This document shows positions 9,155 to 19,315 of a stretch of 64,000 nucleotides of DNA, one piece after another (the first letter of the stretch is position 1; every line of letters begins with the position of its first letter). This stretch comes from Bacteroidota bacterium. GTDB taxonomy: Bacteria; Bacteroidota; Bacteroidia; Bacteroidales; Prolixibacteraceae. Position numbers and translations under genes: made by a program. The stretch spans positions 74,228 to 138,227 of the forward strand of contig JAEYNZ010000029.1 of the NCBI GenBank assembly GCA_023412195.1, read 5' to 3'. Below the pieces are notes generated by a model. That model was not told where the DNA came from, ran no database searches, and saw only the letters and a program-made list of their open reading frames with translations.

Positions 9155-10426
9155 ATGAAAAAGTTAATACTTCTGTGTTTGCTTGTGCCGGTTTTTTCAA
9201 CTGCACAACCTTTATTTGAACAGTTTTTTACCAAAAAAACTTTACGATTTGACTTTGTGCTTGCAGGAAATTCAACAGAGTCTGCAGTCTTTCCTCAACA
9301 AATGAAACAGGAGCCATATTGGGCGGGCTCATTAGTGAATCTGATCGATACTTTCAATTACGGAACTTACAGATTTCGGGTTTTGGATGCTGAATCCCGC
9401 GAGCTTATTTTCTCCAGTGGTTTTTCTACGCTTTTCCAGGAGTGGCAAACTACCGCTGATGCAAAAAAAATGAACAGGTCATTTTACCAGGCAGTGTTTT
9501 TTCCATTCCCCAAACACAAAGTAATCCTTGAAATTGAAATCAGGAAGTGGGAAGGAGATTTTAAATCCATCTTTTCCATGACCATAGACCCGGAGGATTA
9601 TTTTATTTTAAAAGAAAAACCTTTTCCATTTCCCACCGAGGTAATTCAAGAATACGGTAATCCTGAAGAAAAGGTAGATCTCGTTATCCTGGCAGAGGGT
9701 TATACAAAAGAAGAATTGAATAATTTTTTAGATGATGCCCGCCGAGTTACAGGTTATTTGTTCCAGGAAGAACCATTTAAGTCACGAAAAGAAAATTTCA
9801 ATGTCAGGGCTGTTTTAACACCTTCCACGGATTCCGGTACAGATGTGCCGGGAGAAAACACCTATAAAAACACCATGTTTAATTCTACTTTCTATACTTT
9901 CGATGTTTCGAGGTATCTTACAACCAGCGATATGAAATCGGTTTATGATGCTGCAGCAACTGTTCCCTATGATCAGATTTATGTTCTTGTTAATACCGAA
10001 AGGTACGGAGGGGGAGGTATTTACAATTTTCTGAATATCTGTACATCGGGACATTCTCTTACAAAAGAGGTTTTTGTGCATGAATTTGGACATGGCTTTG
10101 CCGGACTGGGTGATGAATATTATAATTCGGAGGTGGCGTATGAAAATTTTTATAATCCTGAAACTGAACCCTGGGAACCCAACTTGACTACACTTGTCGA
10201 TTTTAGTAAAAAATGGAAAACCATGGTGGCATCTTCTACTCCAATCCCTACACCTAGAGCACATGAATATGCAACCACGGTTGGCGCTTACGAAGGGGGA
10301 GGTTACACTGCGAAAGGTATTTATAGTCCTTATATCGACTGCCGGATGAAGAGCAATGATGCAAAACAGTTTTGTCCTGTATGTATCGATGCAATCAACA
10401 GGAAAATCGACTTTTACAGCAAATAA
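9155..10426 (+). CDS. M64 (IgA-peptidase-like) family zinc metallopeptidase, secreted
   Basis: Signal peptide (MKKLILLCLLVPVFSTAQ) and zinc site HEFGHGFAGLGDEY. Size and layout fit the peptidase M64 family. Confidence 0.75.
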   Translation: MKKLILLCLLVPVFSTAQPLFEQFFTKKTLRFDFVLAGNSTESAVFPQQMKQEPYWAGSLVNLIDTFNYGTYRFRVLDAESRELIFSSGFSTLFQEWQTTADAKKMNRSFYQAVFFPFPKHKVILEIEIRKWEGDFKSIFSMTIDPEDYFILKEKPFPFPTEVIQEYGNPEEKVDLVILAEGYTKEELNNFLDDARRVTGYLFQEEPFKSRKENFNVRAVLTPSTDSGTDVPGENTYKNTMFNSTFYTFDVSRYLTTSDMKSVYDAAATVPYDQIYVLVNTERYGGGGIYNFLNICTSGHSLTKEVFVHEFGHGFAGLGDEYYNSEVAYENFYNPETEPWEPNLTTLVDFSKKWKTMVASSTPIPTPRAHEYATTVGAYEGGGYTAKGIYSPYIDCRMKSNDAKQFCPVCIDAINRKIDFYSK

Positions 10427-10478
10427 AAAACGGACTTGTTCATCAAATCCGTTTCCCCTCATCTGTTGTGGCAACTTA

Positions 10479-10802
10479 TTATCTCTTTTCAGATAGATTA
10501 TAGGTAATATAGTGTGCTACGATGAGCCCAACTCCTCCGAAGAAAAAGATCATTGTGAAAAAGGCAACAACTTCGTTTACCACCCTTGAAAGAGCAAACC
10601 CACTGATTACACCTGCTGATAAACCTATTAAAAAGATTCCCCACTTAAGTAATGCATACTTTGATGAATCTGTTTTGAAAATGCTGGCATCAGCTCCTTT
10701 GTCTATTAAGGCAAGTCTCTCCCTTGTCCTGGTTGTCCAGTACACATACAGGATTGCGAACAATGCCAAAAAAAATCCGATTGGTACAAATATTCCTTCC
10801 AT
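10479..10802 (-). CDS. small integral membrane protein (DUF6249-like), divergent from the ECF sigma gene
   Basis: 107 aa with three to four hydrophobic helices (IFVPIGFFLALFAILYVYW, WGIFLIGLSAGVISGFAL, FFTMIFFFGGVGLIVAHYI). The family assignment is from memory only. Confidence 0.55.
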   Translation of the reverse strand: MEGIFVPIGFFLALFAILYVYWTTRTRERLALIDKGADASIFKTDSSKYALLKWGIFLIGLSAGVISGFALSRVVNEVVAFFTMIFFFGGVGLIVAHYITYNLSEKR

Positions 10803-10937
10803 GGCTTTTAATTTTTAAATTGTTATTTTTTATTTCTGCTCTTTGGACGCACGGTTTTTTAATCGGTTACATTTTTATTTGGAAATTCTTTTAAATAAAT
10901 TTGTAACCGGTTGATCAAATTCTCGTCAAAGTAGCAG

Positions 10938-11504
10938 ATGGAAAATAAAGACGATCTTTATTATATAGAAAAGGTTATTCAGGGGCAGACCAATTACTTT
11001 TCCTATATCGTTGAAAAATATCAGGATATTGTATTTTCCATTGCAATGAAAGTTCTTAGAAATCGTGAAGATGCCGAAGAAATGGCGCAGGAGAGTTTTA
11101 TAAAAGCTTATAAATCCCTGAATTCGTTCAAGGGTAATGCCAAATTTTCAACCTGGTTGTACAGGATTACATATAATACATGTATTTCTGAAATCAGGAA
11201 AAAGAAGAATCACTTCGTATCCACAGAGGATATCCAGATCCGCGATGAGGCGGAGGAAATGAATCTTGATGGCATACCGGAAGAAAACAGGGAGAAGTTT
11301 GTAAAGGCAGCACTGGAACAGCTCCCGCAGGATGAATATACCCTGGTACTTTTGTATTATTTCAAAGACCAGTCAATTGAAGAAATCAGTCATGTTACCG
11401 GGTTATCAGAGAGCAATGCAAAAGTAAAGCTCCACAGGGCAAGAAAGAAGCTTTATACGATATTAAATGAAATGTTGAAGGAAGATATACATACAATAAT
11501 GTAA
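10938..11504 (+). CDS. ECF-type RNA polymerase sigma factor (sigma-70 family)
   Basis: 188 aa with region 2 (DAEEMAQESFIKAYKSLNSFKGNAKFSTWLYRITYN) and region 4 (SIEEISHVTGLSESNAKVKLHRARKKL). Confidence 0.9.
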   Translation: MENKDDLYYIEKVIQGQTNYFSYIVEKYQDIVFSIAMKVLRNREDAEEMAQESFIKAYKSLNSFKGNAKFSTWLYRITYNTCISEIRKKKNHFVSTEDIQIRDEAEEMNLDGIPEENREKFVKAALEQLPQDEYTLVLLYYFKDQSIEEISHVTGLSESNAKVKLHRARKKLYTILNEMLKEDIHTIM

Positions 11505-11523
11505 CGGTTTAAAAATAAAAGTG

Positions 11524-11934
11524 ATGAGAACTTTTGAAAACGATAGGGAATTAAAAATGTTTCTGAAAAATGTGAAACTGGAATCACCTGGAAAGGATTT
11601 TTCCATGCAGGTGATGAACCGTATTTTTCAGGAAGAATCTGTTGTGGAAAAGGTGAAAGCCGAACCTTTGCTGGGAAGGGGATTCTGGATTATACTTGCA
11701 CTTTTCGGAGTTTTGATTGCTGTTATGGTTTTTCTTTCAACGGGTTCAACTGCTGCCGGTTCAGCTACCGGAATATTGCCTGATATTGATTCAACAAATT
11801 TTATGGCTGGTTACCGGTCGATTTTTGAAAAACTGGATGTACTTCCTGCAAGTATCGCCGGAATTTTTATCGCAGCATCGCTGCTTGTATTTCTCGAGAA
11901 ATTTCTCGAATCAAAGAAACTTAGCTTCTTGTAA
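11524..11934 (+). CDS. membrane protein, possible cognate anti-sigma factor
   Basis: It starts 20 nt after the ECF sigma stop and has two predicted TM helices (FWIILALFGVLIAVMVFL, IAGIFIAASLLVFL). No recognisable zf-HC2 motif. The role is inferred from position only. Confidence 0.45.
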   Translation: MRTFENDRELKMFLKNVKLESPGKDFSMQVMNRIFQEESVVEKVKAEPLLGRGFWIILALFGVLIAVMVFLSTGSTAAGSATGILPDIDSTNFMAGYRSIFEKLDVLPASIAGIFIAASLLVFLEKFLESKKLSFL

Positions 11935-11942
11935 GCTGAAAC

Positions 11943-11976
11943 ATCCTGGTCTGTAAAAGGTCAGGATTTTTTTTTT
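11943..11976 (+). terminator. intrinsic terminator after the ECF sigma operon
   Basis: Stem ATCCTG/CAGGAT followed by T9. It overlaps the 3' end of the convergent hldD gene. Confidence 0.6.
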
Positions 11977-12940
11977 AATAGCACATCTCAGGAACGAGGT
12001 ACTTTCCTACATATGTATCAACTCCCTCCTCAAGGCTGGTAAAAGGCCTGGTATAACCTGCATCACGCAGTTTTTGAATTTCTGCTTCCGTAAAATACTG
12101 ATATCGCCCTCTTAAATCGACCGGTGTATCAATAAACGATATTTCAGGATTTAATTTCATGCTGTTGAATACAGCCGTTGTCAGATCAAGAAAAGAGCGG
12201 GCCTTTCCTGTTCCCACATTATAGATACCTGAATTCTCCTGGTGATGTAAAAAGTAAAGCATTACATCTGCAATATCTTCCACAAATATGAAATCACGGC
12301 TTTGCTCTCCATCTCTGTAATCCTTGTGGTGTGACCTGAATAACTTCATTTTTCCGTTTTTCCTGATCGTTTCATATGCATGCAACACCACTGATGCCAT
12401 TCTTCCCTTATGATATTCATTGGGTCCATATACATTGAAAAACTTTAAACCGGTCCAAAAGGGAGGAGTTCTGACCTGTTTAAGTGCCCATACATCGAAA
12501 TCATGTTTCGACCATCCGTACAGATTAAGAGGCCGGAGATTTGATACGTTACTGTGCGAATCGGAGAATCCACATTCACCATTTCCATAAGTTGCTGCTG
12601 AAGAGGCGTAAAGCAACGGAACCTGGATCTCAGAGCATATATTCCACAACCTTTGTGAGTAAATCAGATTGAGCTGCTGGTACAATTCCGGCTCCTGGCC
12701 TACTGTGTCAGTACGAGCACCTAAATGAAAAATAAATTCCACATCATCGGAATTGCTTATCAGCCACTTAAAAAATTTATCCCTGTCAATAAATTTCTTG
12801 TATTTTTTCTTAAAAAGATTGAGATCTTTAGAGGGATCATCGAAACGATCAACCAGAACCAGATCATTATAACCGGCCTGGTTTAATTTTCCAACTAAAT
12901 AACTGCCAATGAATCCGGCAGCTCCTGTTATTACTATCAT
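11975..12940 (-). CDS. hldD: ADP-L-glycero-D-manno-heptose 6-epimerase (SDR/NAD-dependent epimerase family)
   Basis: N-terminal Rossmann motif MIVITGAAGFIGSYLV, a YGWSK catalytic region, a length of about 320 aa, and overall resemblance to HldD/RfaD. Confidence 0.75.
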   Translation of the reverse strand: MIVITGAAGFIGSYLVGKLNQAGYNDLVLVDRFDDPSKDLNLFKKKYKKFIDRDKFFKWLISNSDDVEFIFHLGARTDTVGQEPELYQQLNLIYSQRLWNICSEIQVPLLYASSAATYGNGECGFSDSHSNVSNLRPLNLYGWSKHDFDVWALKQVRTPPFWTGLKFFNVYGPNEYHKGRMASVVLHAYETIRKNGKMKLFRSHHKDYRDGEQSRDFIFVEDIADVMLYFLHHQENSGIYNVGTGKARSFLDLTTAVFNSMKLNPEISFIDTPVDLRGRYQYFTEAEIQKLRDAGYTRPFTSLEEGVDTYVGKYLVPEMCY

Positions 12941-13225
12941 ATTTTCAAAGCGGTTTATATGCCATGTTCTTTAAAAAAACACATCACGGCAGTCTGGTCA
13001 ATTGAAAAACTACTTTCAGGCATTTTTATTGCCCAATCAGGAATAAAAATTTTATTTTCATCCTTCATCTTTAGGTTTGAATACATCTCCAACAATAATA
13101 GATAATATTTTGTGTGAATTGGTTGCTTCATCATGAATTAAATGTTGAAAAATGAAAACACAAAATGATATCATTTGGTTTTATAAAAAAAAGGTGATCT
13201 TTGTATGAAATAAAAGCAAATTATC

Positions 13226-13846
13226 ATGTGTTCCCGTAAAATCAGCAGCAATGGGTACGAAAGAATTGAAACATTCGACGAAAATGTTACCCTGGAACTA
13301 TCACAAAACTATCAGAACATTTTAAGCCTGTTAGGCGAGGATATATCACGGGAAGGTTTGAACAAGACTCCTGAACGTATAGCCAAAGCCATGCAGTTTC
13401 TGCTGCAGGGTTATAAAACCGATCCGGTTGAGATATTAAAATCTGCAATCTTCCGCGAAGATTACCGTCAGATGGTCATCGTAAAGGACATTGAAATTTA
13501 TTCCTTATGCGAGCATCATTTGCTGCCTTTTTTCGGGAAAGCACATGTTGCCTATATCCCTAATGGTATTGTTACCGGGTTAAGCAAAATTGCCCGGGTA
13601 GTAGATGTCTTTGCACGCCGTTTACAACTTCAGGAGAGATTGACCCTTCAGATAAAGGAATGCATTCAGGATACGCTTAAACCACTTGGTGTGGCTGTTG
13701 TCATTGAAGCCCAGCATTTGTGCATGCAGATGAGAGGCATCCAAAAACAACACTCCATTACCACGACTTCTGATTTCACGGGTGCCTTCCAAAAAACTGC
13801 AACACGTGAAGAATTTATCCGACTGATAAGCAATAAGTTCAGCTAG
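13226..13846 (+). CDS. folE: GTP cyclohydrolase I
   Basis: Characteristic motifs [29 protein letters not shown] and QERLT...HLCMQMRG. Confidence 0.93.
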   Translation: MCSRKISSNGYERIETFDENVTLELSQNYQNILSLLGEDISREGLNKTPERIAKAMQFLLQGYKTDPVEILKSAIFREDYRQMVIVKDIEIYSLCEHHLLPFFGKAHVAYIPNGIVTGLSKIARVVDVFARRLQLQERLTLQIKECIQDTLKPLGVAVVIEAQHLCMQMRGIQKQHSITTTSDFTGAFQKTATREEFIRLISNKFS

Positions 13847-13850
13847 ATAA

Positions 13851-14984
13851 TTATTGAAATTCAAGGCATACCGGGGCAGGAATTTTAACTTCGTTACCTG
13901 TAAAAATGGGAGTGCCATTTTCATCCATACGAAATACCGTGATGTTGTTGCTTCGCTGATTGGCAACCAGTAGAAATTGTCCATCGGGGCTAAAGGTGAA
14001 GTTACGGGGCCAGTCGCCCTGGGTTGAAACCGATGTTATCCATTCAAGTTGGTTGGTACCTTCATCGTTTCTAAATACTGCTATGGAATTATGCCCACGG
14101 TTGGACCCATAAACAAAACGCCCGTCAGGTGAAATATGAATGTCAGCACAATAATTCGTTCCTGTAAAATCAACGGGCAAAGTAGAAATTGTTTGTACTG
14201 TATTCCATTTACTTCCTTTTTTCTCCACTACTGTAATCGTTGAGTTCAATTCATTGATTACATAAATGGTTTTCCCGTTGGGGTGAAAGGTAAAATGACG
14301 GGGTCCTGCTCCAGGTGCCAGTTTAATATGCGACTGCCGGGCAGGCTTTAGTTGATTGCCCTTCAGATTCAGAATATTCAATTGGTCTGTACCCAGATCT
14401 GCACTAAAAAGCGTATTTCCATCAGGGTGAAATTTTATTGAATGGGCATGGGGAGCTTTTTGCCTTGAAAGGTTGGGACCCGAACCTTCATTCACAATGG
14501 TTGACGCTGCAGGCTTAAGGCTGCCGTCCTGTTCAACTTCATATAACGAAACAGTCCCTCCTCCGTATGTAGCAATAGCAACGTATTTCCCGTCTGCCGA
14601 TACATCGATATGGCATGGGTCTGCTCCATGAGATACCTGCTTGTTGATAAACTGAAGCTGGCCATTATCTTTTATAAGCCATGACTGGACGAATCCGCCC
14701 GATTCTTCAATGGCTGTTTCAGGTCTGGTTACTGCAAAAAGAAATTTTTTGTCAGGTGTGATTTTTATAAACGATGGATTATCTATACCCTTGAATACCT
14801 GTCGCAGGACAATGTTTCCCGACGTCTTACTGAAGCTCAAAAGGTATATGCCTTCTGCTCCTTCTGAAGTGAAAGTGCCAGTATATATATATCCGTCATT
14901 TCTCTCCTGAGCTTGTAAGCTGAATAACAGGGTGAACAACACTAAAACTGCAAATAATTTATTCATGTGCTTTTTTTTGTTCAA
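13851..14984 (-). CDS. lactonase family 7-bladed beta-propeller protein (6-phosphogluconolactonase/YbhE-like), secreted
   Basis: Signal peptide, plus repeated propeller blades containing PDG..L/F motifs (DVSADGKYVAIA, FHPDGNTLFSA, FHPNGKTIYV, ISPDGRFVYG, FSPDGQFLLVA). Confidence 0.8.
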   Translation of the reverse strand: MNKKKHMNKLFAVLVLFTLLFSLQAQERNDGYIYTGTFTSEGAEGIYLLSFSKTSGNIVLRQVFKGIDNPSFIKITPDKKFLFAVTRPETAIEESGGFVQSWLIKDNGQLQFINKQVSHGADPCHIDVSADGKYVAIATYGGGTVSLYEVEQDGSLKPAASTIVNEGSGPNLSRQKAPHAHSIKFHPDGNTLFSADLGTDQLNILNLKGNQLKPARQSHIKLAPGAGPRHFTFHPNGKTIYVINELNSTITVVEKKGSKWNTVQTISTLPVDFTGTNYCADIHISPDGRFVYGSNRGHNSIAVFRNDEGTNQLEWITSVSTQGDWPRNFTFSPDGQFLLVANQRSNNITVFRMDENGTPIFTGNEVKIPAPVCLEFQ

Positions 14985-15076
14985 TTTATAAAGTTTTATG
15001 GGATTATATGAACAATATCTTGCAATAGTTTCTTTTAAGTGGTAACTTTTTATTAATAAATTTTAAAGTCCAAATT

Positions 15077-15907
15077 ATGAAAGCAATTCTGATCGTAATG
15101 GTATTTGCAGCCTTAATAGTTTCAGCTCCTGTAAATGCGCAGAAACTTGAAAAGGTATGGGAAACGAAGGTGGATCTCCGGACACCCGAATCTGTTCTGT
15201 TTGATGAGGACCGTGATGTAATGTATGTAGCCAATATAAATGGAGATCCTTCCGAAAAAAACGGAAGTGGTTTTATCAGCATTTTGAATTCTGATGGCAG
15301 CGAAAAGACACTTGAATGGGTTAAAAACCTGAATGCCCCTAAAGGGATGGCTTTGAAGGAGGGGAAGTTGTATGTATCCGATATCGACCAGCTTGTGGAA
15401 ATCGATATCAAATCAGGTAAAGTGCTGCAAAAATATGATGCTCCCGGTGCTGTCTTTTTAAATGATGTAGCTGTTTGCGGCAATGGAATTGTTTTTGTTT
15501 CTGATACCCGGACAGCAAAAATTCATGCATTAATCGATGGAAAATTCACCGTTTGGATGGAAGGCAGTCCTCTTGAAAATCCCAATGGCCTGTTTACTGA
15601 GGGGGGCAAACTATTTATAGGTGATAACAATATTTATGAAGTTGATGTGAAAACCAAAGAGTTAAAAATGATCATTTCTGAAGCTGGTGGTGTTGACGGT
15701 CTCGAAAAAACCAATAAAGGGGAATTTATATTCTCAAACTGGCCTGGCCGGATATTTATCCATAGGGATGGTAAAAATGTAAAACTCCTGGATACAACGG
15801 AAAAGGAAATCAATACTGCCGACCTTGATTTTTCAAAAAAGCATAACCTGGTGCTGGTACCTACTTTTTTTGATAACAGAATAGTCGCATACAGGATTGC
15901 AGATTAA
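15077..15907 (+). CDS. secreted beta-propeller protein (SMP-30/gluconolactonase/LRE-like)
   Basis: Signal peptide (MKAILIVMVFAALIVSAPVNAQ) and repeated short beta-rich blades (PESVLFD, PKGMAL, LNDVAV, PNGLF, VDGL). Confidence 0.55.
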   Translation: MKAILIVMVFAALIVSAPVNAQKLEKVWETKVDLRTPESVLFDEDRDVMYVANINGDPSEKNGSGFISILNSDGSEKTLEWVKNLNAPKGMALKEGKLYVSDIDQLVEIDIKSGKVLQKYDAPGAVFLNDVAVCGNGIVFVSDTRTAKIHALIDGKFTVWMEGSPLENPNGLFTEGGKLFIGDNNIYEVDVKTKELKMIISEAGGVDGLEKTNKGEFIFSNWPGRIFIHRDGKNVKLLDTTEKEINTADLDFSKKHNLVLVPTFFDNRIVAYRIAD

Positions 15908-15927
15908 ATTAAAAGTTAAACTGATTC

Positions 15928-16167
15928 ATGATGGAAAAACCTATTCAAGCTGCGAAAGTTCCCAAACTGGTTACTCTGGAGCCTGGCATCTATTTCTGGT
16001 GTGCCTGCGGAAGGAGTAAGAATCAACCGTTTTGTGACAGTTCTCACAAAGGTACAGGTTTGTTTTCGTTGTCATTTAAAATTGACGAAAGAAAAGATGC
16101 CTGGCTATGCATGTGCAAGCAATCGAAAAATAAACCTTTTTGCGACGGAACTCATAAAATTTTATAA
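15928..16167 (+). CDS. CDGSH iron-sulfur domain-containing protein (two CDGSH motifs)
   Basis: CACGRSKNQPFCDSSHK and CMCKQSKNKPFCDGTHK. This is the mitoNEET-type 2Fe-2S signature, present twice in 79 aa. Confidence 0.9.
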   Translation: MMEKPIQAAKVPKLVTLEPGIYFWCACGRSKNQPFCDSSHKGTGLFSLSFKIDERKDAWLCMCKQSKNKPFCDGTHKIL

Positions 16168-16168
16168 A

Positions 16169-16194
16169 GGCAGCAGGATTTTCCTGCTGCTTTT
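16169..16194. terminator. terminator hairpin between the convergent CDGSH and flavin-reductase-rubredoxin genes
   Basis: Stem GGCAGCAGG/CCTGCTGC with an ATTTT loop, followed by TTTT on the + strand. Confidence 0.6.
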
Positions 16195-16195
16195 G

Positions 16196-16936
16196 TTAAG
16201 TTTTTGTAAAGTACTCTTTCCCTGCATTGCAGATCGGGCACCGATAATCTTCGGGTAAGTCAGCAAACGGAGTACCGGGTGGAATGTCTGCGGTTGGATC
16301 TCCATCTTCGGGATTATATTGGTACCCGCAAACGGTGCAGGTATAAATATCCATATTTGCTTCTTCCTTTTGTACCTCTTCAGTTACGGAATCCTGTTGC
16401 TTATCTGCATCTTCTTCCTGTTTCAGCCTTTTTTTGTCAATATAGGTAGGTGAATTTTTTGGCGAAAGCATTTTATATTTCTCCCTGTACCATGCATATG
16501 TCAGTGGCTCTTCATCAGAAACAATGCCACTTTCCTGCACTTCACCCACAATGAGGATATGTGATCCAAGGTCAAGGCTGGAGGTAACCTTACAATCAAA
16601 CCATGCAACAGTTGAATCCAAAACTACGGGAGCCCCTGTTGCTGCAGTAGTGGTGTTTATGTTCTGAAACTTGTTGATCTCTTCGCCCGACATAAATCCG
16701 AATGTTCCAATAAGCGATGTACTGGCATTTTTTGCCAGAACAGAAACTGTAAAGATTTTGCTCTCAAGGATTTTATCAGTCGTAATATTTTTTTTACTGC
16801 AGCTGATGGCTAATTGGGAAGGTTCAGAAGTAACCTGGAAAACCGTATTCCCAATATATCCGTAATTACTGTCTCCTGTACGTGTAGTAACCAGGTACAA
16901 TCCGTATGAAAGTTTATGGAATGCCTTGTATTTCAT
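16196..16936 (-). CDS. flavin reductase-like domain fused to a C-terminal rubredoxin (high-molecular-weight rubredoxin type)
   Basis: N-terminal FMN-binding split-barrel-like domain, an acidic linker, then a rubredoxin ([17 protein letters not shown]...[13 protein letters not shown]) with both CxxC pairs. Confidence 0.85.
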   Translation of the reverse strand: MKYKAFHKLSYGLYLVTTRTGDSNYGYIGNTVFQVTSEPSQLAISCSKKNITTDKILESKIFTVSVLAKNASTSLIGTFGFMSGEEINKFQNINTTTAATGAPVVLDSTVAWFDCKVTSSLDLGSHILIVGEVQESGIVSDEEPLTYAWYREKYKMLSPKNSPTYIDKKRLKQEEDADKQQDSVTEEVQKEEANMDIYTCTVCGYQYNPEDGDPTADIPPGTPFADLPEDYRCPICNAGKEYFTKT

Positions 16937-17297
16937 CTGTGATTAATTAATTTTTAGGTGGCCGGAAAGAACGAGCCTGATAATTTTCTTCTGTCTTTCG
17001 ACTACTGAACCATGCTCATTTTACAAACCTGGTTTTGTTCCAAAAATATGAAGTTTTTTCGTGAATTGCATACCCTTAATTTGATTAAAATGAACATTTT
17101 CTTTTTGAACTGTAGTTGATCAGGGATGAATTTTCCATAAGACTGTTCAGGTCAGTTGAATGGCCATCATGAAACATTTGATTAACCGGATTATGATTTA
17201 TTTATGCAAAATTGTTTCAAAACGAGATCAAATTTCAAAAATATTCCTAATTTGGTACGTTTTTATTAAATGGACGATCAACTTAATTTAACCGGAA

Positions 17298-18665
17298 ATG
17301 ACCAATCCAAGGAATCATCTTGCCTACAAGGTTTTCATTGTAGAAGATAATAAACTTTATTCCCAGGTATTAAAAAAGCAGCTTATTGACAATCATTATC
17401 AGGTGAAGGTTTTTTATAACGGGCGGGATTGCATTGCAAGCCTTGAAGAACAACCTGATGTAATAACACTCGACTACACACTTCCTGATATGACAGGCCA
17501 TGAGGTGCTTAAGGAAATCCAGAAAAAATCACCCAATTCTCATGTGATAATTATATCAGCACAGGAGAGTATCAGCACTGCCATCGACCTGATGAAGGAT
17601 GGTGCCTACGATTATATTATGAAGGCCCCGGATACGAGGGAAAAACTTACGAACATTATTAAAAACATTTATGATTCCGATCAGCTTAAACAGGAAAATT
17701 CCCGGTTAAAAGATGCTGTCAGGGAGCATTTCAGTTTCAGGAAACTGATCAAAGGCAACAGCAGGGAAATAGATCATGTTTTTGGCCTCATGGAGAAAGC
17801 TGTTCAGACAAATATTTCTGTATCCATCAGTGGTGAAACAGGAACAGGTAAGGAACTTGTTGCAAAGGGAATTCATTATAATTCAGCCCGCAGTTCAAAA
17901 CCATTTATTGCGGTAAACGTTTCTGCCATACCAGAAGGACTGGTGGAAAGTGAATTGTTCGGCCATGAAAAAGGAGCTTTCACAGGTGCTGATTTTAGAA
18001 AGCCCGGAAAGTTTGAACAGGCAAATCATGGTACTTTGTTTCTTGATGAAATTGCCGATCTCGACCTGAATATACAGGCAAAGCTACTCCGTGTAATCCA
18101 GGAACGTGAACTTGTAAGGCTGGGAGGAACTGAAACCATTACGCTCGATGTTAGAATACTCACAGCTACACATAAAAATCTTGCAACCCTGGTTAATGAG
18201 GGAAAGTTCAGGCAGGACCTGTACTACAGGCTGCTCGGCCTCCCCATAGAATTGCCTCCTTTGCGGCAGCGTGGAAACGATATTATTCTTCTTGCAAAAC
18301 ATTTTGTCAATGAGTTCTGCAAGGAAAACAACATGAATCCCAAAAATATTACTGATGAGGCAAAACAACTGCTCAGAACATATCATTATCCTGGGAACAT
18401 CCGCGAACTGAAGGCTGTAATGGAACTTGCCTGCGTTATGACAAACGGAGATAAAATCAAGCCAACGCATCTGAATATGAGTGTGGATGAAAATGTACAG
18501 AACCTGCTATCCATGGAAAAATCTTTGGAGGAATATAACTTTGATATCATCAAGCACTTCCTGAATAAATATAATCAAAACGTAAGACTTGTTGCGAAAA
18601 AACTGGGTATAGGAAAATCAACAATTTACAGACTGCTGCAAAAAAAGGAATTCACACTCAATTAG
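17298..18665 (+). CDS. sigma-54-dependent response regulator (NtrC family: REC + AAA+ + Fis-type HTH)
   Basis: REC domain (VITLDYTLPDMTG), Walker A GETGTGKE, the sigma-54 contact loop GAFTGA, and a C-terminal HTH (VRLVAKKLGIGKSTIYRLL). Confidence 0.92.
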   Translation: MTNPRNHLAYKVFIVEDNKLYSQVLKKQLIDNHYQVKVFYNGRDCIASLEEQPDVITLDYTLPDMTGHEVLKEIQKKSPNSHVIIISAQESISTAIDLMKDGAYDYIMKAPDTREKLTNIIKNIYDSDQLKQENSRLKDAVREHFSFRKLIKGNSREIDHVFGLMEKAVQTNISVSISGETGTGKELVAKGIHYNSARSSKPFIAVNVSAIPEGLVESELFGHEKGAFTGADFRKPGKFEQANHGTLFLDEIADLDLNIQAKLLRVIQERELVRLGGTETITLDVRILTATHKNLATLVNEGKFRQDLYYRLLGLPIELPPLRQRGNDIILLAKHFVNEFCKENNMNPKNITDEAKQLLRTYHYPGNIRELKAVMELACVMTNGDKIKPTHLNMSVDENVQNLLSMEKSLEEYNFDIIKHFLNKYNQNVRLVAKKLGIGKSTIYRLLQKKEFTLN

Positions 18666-18776
18666 TTATTGAGCAATTTTAACTTAATAGAAGCTAAAGT
18701 AGCAGATAAATAAAATATTGTTAACTTTACAAGGCAATACGTTCTGTATTGCTTGTGTGTTTGGGGGTTAATTAAA

Positions 18777-18802
18777 GGGTGGCTGAAGAGCTGCCCTTTT
18801 TT
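18777..18802 (+). terminator. probable intrinsic terminator downstream of the sigma-54 regulator gene
   Basis: 7-bp stem GGGTGGC/GCTGCCC (two G-U pairs) followed by T6, about 110 nt after the stop codon. Confidence 0.45.
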
Positions 18803-19315
18803 AGTAAGGCTCTTTATCCCCTTCATATATTAAAGTTGGTTACCATAAACTGATGCCTGGTTTTTCAAATGTTTCCTGTTAAAACCCAATGTCTTGCTTC
18901 CGTATTTCTGAATCTTTTGCATATTATTCAATCATCATTCTAAATGGATATTATGTCTATACCAGGTACAGTAATAATTGAATTTAATCTGGACCATGTA
19001 TAGGCATGGTATCTTCCAGGTGTAATGTTAATTTATTCAGGAGCAGATTAAAAATGTGAATATTTTCTGCATCTGCTGATACTTTTTAAATAGGGATCGG
19101 CTAACATAAAAGTGAAGGAATCCGTCATTTTAAATGGTTCGATAACGAATCTGACTGCTATAAAAATACTTCCAGAAAATTGGATACCGTTGGAATCATA
19201 CAGATGGGTGAATAAATTCATTTTTTTACCTGGGGTCGAATTAAATTTTTAAATACAGATAATTCATTTTTGTTAAGTATTTTCGTAACCGTCAAAACAA
19301 AACTGGAATATTCCG

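Noticed and set aside
9815-10474. 219-aa ORF antisense to the M64 peptidase gene. Similar long antisense or alternative-frame ORFs occur at 15004-15483, 24454-24945, 31607-32095, 47510-47995, 49585-50049, 50551-50982, 58474-58932 and 59455-59904.
   Set aside because: Each lies entirely within a gene on the opposite strand that has clear family motifs. Their translations are low-complexity or motif-free. They are typical shadow ORFs.
17253-17268. TGGTACGTTTTTATT upstream of the sigma-54 regulator gene, considered as a -24/-12 promoter.
   Set aside because: The -12 element would be TTAT rather than TTGC, and the -24 box has a mismatch. It is probably just AT-rich spacer.
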